This document shows positions 1 through 7,139 of a stretch of 64,000 nt of DNA, one piece after another. Under the pieces are notes generated by a model, which saw nothing but the letters and a program-made list of their open reading frames with translations, searched no databases and had not been told where the DNA came from. This DNA comes from an uncultured Microbacteriaceae bacterium (GTDB taxonomy: Bacteria; Actinomycetota; Actinomycetes; Actinomycetales; Microbacteriaceae), in contig CAKUJB010000001.1 of assembly GCA_934661165.1 (NCBI GenBank), positions 1,889-65,888 of the forward strand, read 5' to 3'. How positions within the stretch are numbered: position 1 is the first letter of the stretch; each line of letters starts with the position of its first letter. The position numbers and the translations under genes are program-made.

Positions 1-625
1 CCGCGTCGACGACCTGCGGCACGAGCGCGAAGGTGCCGACGAGCGAGTCGGCGGGATCGCGCAGGAAGGACACCCGGTGTCCCGCCGCCTCCATCCCCGT
101 CGCGACGACGGCGTCGACGCCGCTGACCTCGAGCGCGACGGCCTCCGCGACGGTCGTCGCCGTCCCGACGAGTCGGATGCCCGCGACGCGCGCGCGATCG
201 ACGAGCGAGTCGGAGGGCGTGCCGTAGACGAGGCTGAGCACGGCGGGCCGCGCCTCGAGGACGGCATCGAGCTGCTCGTCCGCGCTCGGCAGGTATCGCG
301 CGGGCTCGGCGGGCACCTCGAGCCCGAGCTCGTCGAAGAACGGGCGCATCGCGGCGACCGCGGCCGCGAGGTCCGTCTGCCCCGGTCGGACCTCGTCGCC
401 GGTCGGCAGCCAGAGGTTGAGCGCGAAGGGTCGCGCCGTCGCCGCACGAAGCGCGCCCGCGGTCTCGAGGATCCGTTCCGGGTCGTAGCCGTACAGCCCG
501 TAGGAGCCCAGTCCCCCGAGCTCGCTCACGGTCGCCGTGAGCTCGATGGAGGACAGCCCGCCGAAGGCGCCGAGGACGATCGGCGAGTCGATCCCGAGGA
601 GCTCGGTCAGCTGCACCGCGCTCAT
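1..625 (-). CDS. nitronate monooxygenase / NPD-like FMN oxidoreductase (N-terminal ~208 codons; C-terminus lies beyond the window edge)
   Basis: Own minus-strand translation from ATG at 625-623 gives MSAVQLTELLGIDSPIVLGAFGGLSSIEL...VATGMEAAGH, which are NMO-family motifs. It is missing from the ORF track because it runs off the window. ATGA start/stop overlap with the upstream DUF488 gene. Confidence 0.75.
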   Translation of the reverse strand, partial: MSAVQLTELLGIDSPIVLGAFGGLSSIELTATVSELGGLGSYGLYGYDPERILETAGALRAATARPFALNLWLPTGDEVRPGQTDLAAAVAAMRPFFDELGLEVPAEPARYLPSADEQLDAVLEARPAVLSLVYGTPSDSLVDRARVAGIRLVGTATTVAEAVALEVSGVDAVVATGMEAAGHRVSFLRDPADSLVGTFALVPQVVDA

Positions 626-984
626 GCCCGAGCGCCGTCGACATAGTCCCGGAGCACGGCCGCGTGGTTGATCTCGGGGTCGCGAGCGGCATACAGCAGC
701 GTCGTCGTCGCGTGGGCATCGATGAGTGCGTGGAGCTCGTCGACGGCCGGGTTGCCGTCGAGCTCAATGCGGTAGCGGCCGGCGAACTCCTCGAGCCGCG
801 CCGGGTCGTGGTCCCACCACGTCCGCAGCTCGGGACTCGGCGCGACGTCTTTGAGCCAGTGGTCGAGCGCGGCGCGCTCCCGCGAGACGCCCCGCGGCCA
901 CAGCCGATCGACGAGCACCCGGCAGCCGTCCGCTGGATCGGGACCCGAGTAGATCCGCTTGATCCGCACGGTGTGGGCCGTCAT
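622..984 (-). CDS. DUF488 (YeaO-like) family protein
   Basis: ORF 622..1053. The internal ATG at 984 gives MTAHTVRIKRIYSGPDPADGCRVLVDRLWPRGVSRERAALDHWLKDVAPSPELRTWW, typical of DUF488. The upstream 23-codon Arg/Gly-rich extension is unlikely to be coding. Confidence 0.8.
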   Translation of the reverse strand: MTAHTVRIKRIYSGPDPADGCRVLVDRLWPRGVSRERAALDHWLKDVAPSPELRTWWDHDPARLEEFAGRYRIELDGNPAVDELHALIDAHATTTLLYAARDPEINHAAVLRDYVDGARA

Positions 985-1080
985 GGCGCGCCTCCTGCCT
1001 CGGGTGCCCCGATGCTCCGAGCGTACTCCCGCGGGGACCGGCCCTGGCGGCACGCGTCCTCAGGTCACCGGCGCCAAACG

Positions 1081-1127
1081 GCTCCGGCCCCTGAACTGGA
1101 CTGAGCGTCCTGTTCAGGGGCCGGAGC
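1081..1127 (-). terminator. 16-bp perfect stem-loop; probable ancestral terminator of tRNA-Leu, now also downstream of the island operon
   Basis: GCTCCGGCCCCTGAAC (1081-1096) and GTTCAGGGGCCGGAGC (1112-1127) are exact reverse complements with a 15-nt loop. The stem abuts the attL repeat. On the minus strand it is followed by CGTTTGG. Confidence 0.6.
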
Positions 1128-1155
1128 ACCACTGTGCGCGAGGGGGGACTTGAAC
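1127..1155. repeat. attL: 29-bp direct repeat (duplicated 3' end of tRNA-Leu)
   Basis: CACCACTGTGCGCGAGGGGGGACTTGAAC at 1127-1155 is identical to 7515-7543. The flanking bases differ on both sides. Confidence 0.9.
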
Positions 1156-1312
1156 TCGATCAGCCTTTCTCGCGCACAGATTCCGCGAAGTGCGTTCTGG
1201 CCCGTGTTTCCGGGCATCGCGGCCGATGCGCGTCCTGACGGAGTACGTCCAGCTACACGTCTCCGCAGAGCTGGTAGCACATGGTCTAGCACGTGAAAAC
1301 TGCCGCCGTGAG

Positions 1313-1331
1313 AGGGGAACTGACTTCCCCT
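1313..1331 (-). terminator. short stem-loop overlapping the stop codon of the last island gene
   Basis: AGGGGAA (1313-1319) pairs with TTCCCCT (1325-1331) around a 5-nt loop. On the minus strand a TTTT run follows about 12 nt downstream. Only 7 bp, so weak. Confidence 0.3.
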
Positions 1332-2466
1332 ATGAACTGCCCAGCGAGTCGCCCGCACCCGAGGACTTCTCTTGTTGATATTGCTCCAGCGGATCGAGAA
1401 GTTTGATGTCAGTGACTTCGGTGACGCCCTCTTCGACACTGAGCTTGATCATGACCCGGACCGCTGCCTCGTCCTGCGCATGGAAGTAGTGATCATTCCA
1501 GTCCTCAAGGAGTTCCACGCCAGAACCCTCATCCATGAACCAGTCGGACTTAGCGACGAAACCCTCGAAGTAGACCGTTGCTTCCGCGGTCGCGATTACT
1601 AGGTCACCGCTCGTAACAAGCTCAAACTCAGACTGCTGCTCGATATCGGAGATCGTGGCGTCCTCGAGTCCCGGAGCCGAGAACTGAACGAACTCGGGGT
1701 AGTCGTAGTCACCGCCGTACACCATTTGCAGCGACACGCTCTCTCCCACGAGAGAAAGGAGTGCATTCGTTGCTGCTGTCGCGAGGGCTGCCTCACGTTC
1801 CGCTTGCTCTGTTGCCGCCACAAGAGCGTCAACTTGTTGCTTCGCCGCCCAGACATTCTTCGCCAGCTGCACGGTTGCATGCTCGCCGGGTAGGCGGAGC
1901 ACATCTTCGACAAGATCCGGGTGGAAGCCCTTCCCGTCCTCGGCAAGGAAGCCAGTATCTGCAGTCACGAAAATCACCGTGTCCTCGGCGCGGCTGGCGG
2001 CTGCGCGGCTGAGCAGGCTCTCCCAGATCACGGCGTCGCGGAAGCCAGCCGATGCATGATCAGTACCGACCGCGTGAAACGGTCGGCGACGCTCAAGGTC
2101 GCGCGCCACGAGTCTCTCAAGCGCGATGCCTGGCACAGGAGCGAGCGCAACCCCGGGCCGACTGAGCAAGTCGTCAAAGTTTGCATCGATCTGCTCCGCG
2201 AGCCGGTCGAACGCCTCCCTTAGCTGACTCGCTGGCAGGTGCATCGACGCGCCCAGCCGTGCTGCGCGATCGACCACTGCATCCGCTTCTCCACGGGTTA
2301 CGAGTAGCTCCTCGCGCTGCTGACGTCGGAGTTCCTGAAGCACAACAACCGGATAGACCACTTCGCAGTGGCCTGCCGAGGCGAGGGTGAGCAGGGCTGG
2401 TCCGGCCCCGGACATCAGCCATAGATCGCGATGGACAGCATTGGAGTCGAGAACGACGACGATCAT
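1330..2466 (-). CDS. PIN-like (DUF4935-type) nuclease-domain protein with uncharacterised acidic C-terminal domain
   Basis: 378-aa ORF. The N-terminus MIVVVLDSNAV ... VVLQEL ... IFVTADTGF shows the D/E/D acidic pattern of PIN-like folds. The C-terminal ~150 aa is acidic with no motif I recognise. ATGA overlap (2463-2466) with the PP2C gene. Confidence 0.7.
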   Translation of the reverse strand: MIVVVLDSNAVHRDLWLMSGAGPALLTLASAGHCEVVYPVVVLQELRRQQREELLVTRGEADAVVDRAARLGASMHLPASQLREAFDRLAEQIDANFDDLLSRPGVALAPVPGIALERLVARDLERRRPFHAVGTDHASAGFRDAVIWESLLSRAAASRAEDTVIFVTADTGFLAEDGKGFHPDLVEDVLRLPGEHATVQLAKNVWAAKQQVDALVAATEQAEREAALATAATNALLSLVGESVSLQMVYGGDYDYPEFVQFSAPGLEDATISDIEQQSEFELVTSGDLVIATAEATVYFEGFVAKSDWFMDEGSGVELLEDWNDHYFHAQDEAAVRVMIKLSVEEGVTEVTDIKLLDPLEQYQQEKSSGAGDSLGSS

Positions 2467-3431
2467 GGTTGCGCCTCCCTCGGATTGGTACCTGCGGGTT
2501 CAGCGGGCTCATCATCGTTGCTCGTCGAGTCCTGTGCCAGGGCGATCAGGACGAGCGAGCAGTCGTCGTGGGTGCGGGGCACGATGACGTCGCGGAGGGT
2601 TTCGGCGAGTTGCTCGTGCATTGTCTCGGTGGGTAGATCGCGGCAGGCCTGCAGCAGCTTCGAGCAGGCACCAGCCATAGTGCGGGTGCTTCGTATGTAG
2701 AGGGAGGCCTCCGGACCGTCAGACATCATTACGAAGCCCGTCACCGCCCGGGAGGACGTCGTCACCCGGCCCCGGTAGACGCGAATCGAGCCAGCAGCAT
2801 CGCGGGAGGTGATGAACTTCGTTTCGTTGATGAACTCACCGTTGTCGGGGATGCCGAGTGCTCGGACGACCCGAGTTCCGCCCTTGAGGACGTGCTCCAC
2901 ACCGATGACACCGTCGCCGAGGTGCAGCGTGATGAAGCGGTCGCCGCGTACTGCCACCACGAGCAAAGTCGCGGCCAGATCACGGACATCGCACTTGATC
3001 AAGGGTTCAGCGCTGCGGTCGGGTAGGTCGAGCCGGGCTCGGTCGTCGGCGGAGACATCGAGCCCTTTGGCGGCACTCGTGACCAGGGCATTCAGTAGAT
3101 CGGTAGCCAAGCTCGCCCGCAATGTGCCCAGGTTGTTCGTCGCCCGGAACAGTTGATCGAACTGCTGAGCGACCAAGCGCGACGCAAGATCGGCCAGGAT
3201 CTCCGCGCCGTAGTGTGACAACTTCGCCGAGCCTGCGCCATCGGCGAGGGATCCCACCACGGTCCCATCGGAGTCCGCCAAGACCGCAACGTGGTCCTGA
3301 CACGGGACCGAGGCATCAGCGTGAGAGCGCCCCTGATGTCGTGCGGATGCGAAGCGCCACTCGATGGCGTCGAGCGCCTCCTCGCGTGAAGGAGGTTCCA
3401 GTTTGCTCCTCAGAACTTGAAGTCCGACCAT
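2463..3431 (-). CDS. PP2C-family Ser/Thr protein phosphatase (TerY-P triad component, YegK/PphC-like)
   Basis: 322-aa ORF with RHQGRSHADASVPCQD, LADGAGSAKLSHYGA, FVMMSDG and THDDCSLV, the bacterial PP2C_2-type metal-binding Asp motifs. The true ATG at 3431 overlaps the vWA gene end by 22 nt. Confidence 0.85.
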   Translation of the reverse strand: MVGLQVLRSKLEPPSREEALDAIEWRFASARHQGRSHADASVPCQDHVAVLADSDGTVVGSLADGAGSAKLSHYGAEILADLASRLVAQQFDQLFRATNNLGTLRASLATDLLNALVTSAAKGLDVSADDRARLDLPDRSAEPLIKCDVRDLAATLLVVAVRGDRFITLHLGDGVIGVEHVLKGGTRVVRALGIPDNGEFINETKFITSRDAAGSIRVYRGRVTTSSRAVTGFVMMSDGPEASLYIRSTRTMAGACSKLLQACRDLPTETMHEQLAETLRDVIVPRTHDDCSLVLIALAQDSTSNDDEPAEPAGTNPREAQP

Positions 3432-4093
3432 GACTTGATCCCGTCCACGTCGATCGGGACGCCGTCACCCGGCGTCGACTGCGAGACCCGAGACACCGAG
3501 GCGCTCAGCCACGAGAAGAAAGACTGGAAGTTGAGACCCTGAAGCTTGAACGCCGGGCGTGGAGCGCTGAAGCGGTTCAGGGTTGCCATGTCAGCACTAG
3601 CCCCGATGCCGATCGGGAACACGACGAGCTTCCGGTCTGCGGCAAGCTGCTGGACGCGGCCGACCTGTGCGTCTAGGACCGACGCGGAGCCGGTCGGCTG
3701 CCCATCGGTCATGAGCACGAGCCACGGCTGGTAGTAGTCGACACCGTTGTCCTTGTACGCCTGCTTCCGCTCGTCGAGCAGGTCGAGGGAGAGTTTCACC
3801 GCTTCCCCGAGCGGCGTGTCCCCGGTCGCACGCAGGACCGGCGGCCGCGACTGCGTCGCAACCGTTTGGAAGTCGGTCTCCTTCTGCACGGGGCCGAACG
3901 TGACGATGCTGATCTCGGCACTGTACTTCGCGATCTCGTCCTGGTTGATCGCCTGATAGAAGGAGGCGACGCCGGAGTTGAGCTCCTGGATGGGCGCGCC
4001 GCTCATCGAGCCGGATGCGTCGAGGCAGAGGCTGATTGCGACGCGGGAGGTTGGGTTGTCTACGAGGTCGTCGAGATCGATCAAGCTGGCCAT
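3410..4093 (-). CDS. von Willebrand factor A domain protein (TerY/YegL-like)
   Basis: 227-aa ORF with MIDAS motif LCLDASGSMSG (DxSxS), then GDTPLGEA and LVLMTDGQPT. GAAGGAA RBS lies 7 nt upstream of the ATG. Confidence 0.88.
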   Translation of the reverse strand: MASLIDLDDLVDNPTSRVAISLCLDASGSMSGAPIQELNSGVASFYQAINQDEIAKYSAEISIVTFGPVQKETDFQTVATQSRPPVLRATGDTPLGEAVKLSLDLLDERKQAYKDNGVDYYQPWLVLMTDGQPTGSASVLDAQVGRVQQLAADRKLVVFPIGIGASADMATLNRFSAPRPAFKLQGLNFQSFFSWLSASVSRVSQSTPGDGVPIDVDGIKSWSDFKF

Positions 4094-4123
4094 GGTTGGT
4101 TCCTTCTGTCGTGTTGGTCCGGT

Positions 4124-5686
4124 CTATCTACCCGCGGAGGCGATAGCAGAGATGATGAGGATCGCGATGAGGATCCCGAAGCCCCATCCGAAGATCGCGC
4201 CCCATGGCACGTTGCTCTTCGCGGGTTGCGGAGTGACCTTGGAGGCGGTCGACGACTTCGTAACCGATGGCGTCGTTTTCGCGAGAGAGGCGTGATGCCG
4301 GCAGTAGCCGCCACGCTCGTCGTGCATCCACTTGGCGGCCATGTAGCCGCACTGCTTGCAGCCGACCTGACGCCAGCAATCGTCGCAGTACTGAGCGCGG
4401 CCGCGGGTCGGTGTGAAGGTTTTGCCGCACACCGGGTTGTTACACTGAATGGCCTGCTTGAGAGACGAGCCGTAGCTCCGGCCGCCGCCCGTCGACGCGT
4501 AGCCACCGGCCCGCGCGGTGGCCCGAACTCGAGGTCGACGGACGTGAAGATCGCAGAAGATGTAGAGGTTCTCCTCAGCAGGGATGAACTTGTTCGTGCA
4601 CCCCTCGTACTTGCATTGCTTCATCTTCCGGCGCGTCGGGAAGATGTCCATGGCCATCGGGTCGTTCCTAAGCATGTTGTCGGCGCTGCTCAGGTAGCCG
4701 TTGAATAACTCTGCCCACTCGGTGGTCGAATACCTCCTCTGAGGTGTGAAGTGGGAGCCGCCCTTCTTGAAGGTCTCTGCGAAGGCCTCTCGGACTTTGT
4801 AGGTCATGTGGTTCCAGATGAAGCCCCACTTGCCAGGGGGAACCACGTCGTCTTTGCCCTCGTAGGCGAAGACGCCTGCCTTGATGTTCTCGGCGGGAGA
4901 GCCGCCGCCGACAGCCGAATAGGGTGGCTTGCCGGGCATCATGATCATGAAGAGCAGCGTCGCGATGGCGAAGTTCTCCATCTCCTGCGTCCGCAGGAAG
5001 GTCTTGAAGTCCTTGCCGCTCACTTCGGGCGGTGTGAAGTTCGCCGTGCCGACGGAGCACGGGTACCCCTCGATCTGGTAGCTGTCGCAGTCGACGAAGT
5101 ACACCTCTGTGGGCGATACCACGAGGATGTTCGCAGCATTGATGTCGCCAAGGATGACCCGGCGGTCGTTCAGGTAGCGGATCTTGTCGAGGATGGTGAG
5201 GCACAGCCTGATGGTGTCCTTCCGGGTCCACCTGGGGAACTTCGTCGGCAGGAGCATCGGCATGAAGACCGATTTGCTCAACTCGACGCCCTTCGCCTGC
5301 GGCATGAGGTACCCGATGAACTCGTTCGACGAGTTAAAGAGGATGGCCTCGGGGAAGCAGATGCCGGCATAGCGGATCGGCTTCGAGATCATGGTTCGCA
5401 GCTTGGCGAGGCGATCACTGGTTATCTTGTCCCGCTTGTAGATCTTCGCGACGTACCCGCTTGCGTTCGTGGTGAAGACCGCTCCTTCGCCACCCTCGGC
5501 GAGCTTCTCAGCGACGACGATCTGGCGCTGCATGGTCCCGTCGTCTGCGACGACAGTCGTGTTGACGCGCGCGCCCTTCGCCACCTGCTCGCCAGGTACT
5601 TCGCCTCGGACTGGCAATACTTTGCCCGGCGCGGCGATGCGTGCCACATGGGCGAAACGCGGGGCTTCTGGAACCGTCATCGTCAT
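4124..5686 (-). CDS. atypical Ser/Thr protein kinase (YegI-like) with Cys-rich Zn-ribbon region and C-terminal transmembrane anchor
   Basis: Kinase motifs: LAEGGEGAVF (Gly loop), YVAKIY (Lys), ILGDINAANILV (catalytic loop), FVDCDS (DFG equivalent), GTANFTPPE (APE-like). Three CxxC/CxxxxC-type clusters are followed by VPWGAIFGWGFGILIAILIISAIASAG. The start is set at ATG 5686 because of the ATGA overlap with the upstream stop; the ORF track start is 5716. Confidence 0.85.
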   Translation of the reverse strand: MTMTVPEAPRFAHVARIAAPGKVLPVRGEVPGEQVAKGARVNTTVVADDGTMQRQIVVAEKLAEGGEGAVFTTNASGYVAKIYKRDKITSDRLAKLRTMISKPIRYAGICFPEAILFNSSNEFIGYLMPQAKGVELSKSVFMPMLLPTKFPRWTRKDTIRLCLTILDKIRYLNDRRVILGDINAANILVVSPTEVYFVDCDSYQIEGYPCSVGTANFTPPEVSGKDFKTFLRTQEMENFAIATLLFMIMMPGKPPYSAVGGGSPAENIKAGVFAYEGKDDVVPPGKWGFIWNHMTYKVREAFAETFKKGGSHFTPQRRYSTTEWAELFNGYLSSADNMLRNDPMAMDIFPTRRKMKQCKYEGCTNKFIPAEENLYIFCDLHVRRPRVRATARAGGYASTGGGRSYGSSLKQAIQCNNPVCGKTFTPTRGRAQYCDDCWRQVGCKQCGYMAAKWMHDERGGYCRHHASLAKTTPSVTKSSTASKVTPQPAKSNVPWGAIFGWGFGILIAILIISAIASAGR

Positions 5687-6318
5687 GACTTGCGCAGCCC
5701 GACTCGCTCCCACCACGGCTCCGGCGTTGCCACGGGCGCTGCGGGCGCCACCCTCGAGCTAGCTGCTCTGGGCATGGACGTGCTCTTCGGGCCGTCGGTC
5801 CGAAGCAGATTTGAGAAAGCTTCCACCCGACCGCTTCCCGCTACGCGCGAGACGACCATGGTCTGACCCCTACGAGGGCGGACCGACTCGAACTCGACGA
5901 TGCGTTGGAGGTCCTTCGCGAGAGCTCGGTCCTGGGTGATGAAGTGGAGGTTCGCTTGCGTGCGGAACTTCAGGGCCACTGACAGGAGGACGGCATCGGC
6001 GAAGGGGTCGTTCGCGTCGCCGGCGACTTCGACCGTGCCGGTCTTGACGAGAGGGATCAGCTTCGCCAGCGTGTACTTTGCACGCTCGGCCAGGCCCTCC
6101 TTTTGAGTAGAACGAGAGTGCTTCACGAGTTCCTCGTGATTCCTCGCCGCGAGGATCAGTCGGCCGGTCCCCGAGAGGCGAGGTATCTCGTGTGACCAGA
6201 ACGTCGCTTCCTTTCCAGCGTCCAAGATGATCTGCTCACCCTTGCGATCGTCACCCTTCCAGCACGCTACGAGGAGGGCCGAGGTATCGAGGAAGATCAG
6301 CGTGCTCGTCCGCGTCAT
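5683..6318 (-). CDS. PIN-domain protein with disordered C-terminal tail
   Basis: 211-aa ORF with TLIFLDTSALL (first PIN Asp), DPFADAVLL and HFITQDRALAKDL (distal Asp), followed by a Ser/Pro/Ala-rich tail. ATGA overlaps at both ends (6315-6318 and 5683-5686). Confidence 0.65.
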   Translation of the reverse strand: MTRTSTLIFLDTSALLVACWKGDDRKGEQIILDAGKEATFWSHEIPRLSGTGRLILAARNHEELVKHSRSTQKEGLAERAKYTLAKLIPLVKTGTVEVAGDANDPFADAVLLSVALKFRTQANLHFITQDRALAKDLQRIVEFESVRPRRGQTMVVSRVAGSGRVEAFSNLLRTDGPKSTSMPRAASSRVAPAAPVATPEPWWERVGLRKS

Positions 6319-7130
6319 GCCACGTCCCCGCTCGATCCGTACCCGAGGATTTTGCTCCCGGTCGCGGACGCCGTCTCGGCCTCTCCCCAGGCCGCAATCT
6401 TGCTGGTCGGGGGTACGGTCGTCGTTCCGGGGGCAGCAGGGCTGACTGTGGCGGCCAGTACGGCTCCGACGAAGCCGAGCGCCTTCGACCGAGGCTGGGC
6501 CGGAGCACTCCCCGGAGACAGTGTCGACGCCTGAGTGTGCATCTGAAAGCGAAGCTTGGATATCCGACGCTGGGGTCGAGGAGCAGAAAGGTCCAGCAGG
6601 CGTCTGTGTATCCGTGCTGTGTTATTCACGATCTTGGAGGAGCTGCTCATCGCAGAGTTGCCCGTGCGAGCCTTAGACGCAGCTTGTTTCCGGACAACCG
6701 CATTGCCGATGTAGGTCGAGCGACTCAGGCCGTAGCCGTACAGCCTCTGGTTGCGTCCGGTGACGACACCTGCCGTCCAGCTCCGACTTGAGCCGCTCCC
6801 TGATCGGAACCTGCTGCCCATCCTGTTGACGACTTTGTTCCCGATGTCCTGGGCCCGGGACTTCGAGTAGCCCTTCGCCTGGTACTGACCGGCGATCTTG
6901 CCGGCCACGAACGACCGAGTGTTTGCCGAGTAGGAAGCGCCCGAGGTTCTTCCAACTGAGGTGCCGTGGCTCGAAGACGAGATCCGGCCGGACCCCCTCT
7001 TGCTCCGTCCCGAAGAACTCCCGCCGCTGTAGCTCGACCGCGACGAGTTCGAGCCGAACCTGCCCCGGCCGTAGCTAGATCTTCCGCCCCCATAGCTACG
7101 ACCGCCTCCCCCACCAGACCTGGCCATCAC
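6315..7130 (-). CDS. Ser/Gly/Arg-rich low-complexity protein (RSYG/RGG-like repeats), unknown function
   Basis: 271-aa ORF starting MMARSGGGGGRSYGGGRSSYGRGRFGSNSSRSSYSGGSSSGRSKRGSGR, with one hydrophobic stretch ALGFVGAVLAATV. GTG at 7130 or ATG at 7127, preceded by AGGGGG. The stop is coupled (ATGA) to the next gene. No homology-type motif, so the coding status rests on length, coupling and position. Confidence 0.55.
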   Translation of the reverse strand: MMARSGGGGGRSYGGGRSSYGRGRFGSNSSRSSYSGGSSSGRSKRGSGRISSSSHGTSVGRTSGASYSANTRSFVAGKIAGQYQAKGYSKSRAQDIGNKVVNRMGSRFRSGSGSSRSWTAGVVTGRNQRLYGYGLSRSTYIGNAVVRKQAASKARTGNSAMSSSSKIVNNTARIHRRLLDLSAPRPQRRISKLRFQMHTQASTLSPGSAPAQPRSKALGFVGAVLAATVSPAAPGTTTVPPTSKIAAWGEAETASATGSKILGYGSSGDVA

Positions 7131-7139
7131 ACCCCCTGA

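Noticed and set aside
622-1053. N-terminal extensions offered by the ORF track for several genes (DUF488 to 1053, fabG to 23475, regX3 to 36780, ctaA from 30846, the response regulator from 62295, pstS from 31849).
   Set aside because: The extensions are Arg/Pro/Gly-rich, precede well-defined family N-termini, and often overlap neighbouring genes or promoters. Internal ATG/GTG/TTG starts with RBS-like purine tracts or stop/start coupling fit better.
1065-1439. ORFs 1065..1439 (-) and 1190..1378 (+) at the attL end of the island.
   Set aside because: They span the att repeat, a hairpin and the 3' end of the PIN-like gene. They have no coding features and are most likely junction or terminator DNA.
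3866-5866. Plus-strand ORFs 3866..4708 (280 aa) and 4751..5866 (371 aa) inside the island.
   Set aside because: They are antisense to the vWA and kinase genes, whose motifs are clear. The plus-strand products have no motifs and the same R/G/A/D-rich artefact composition.
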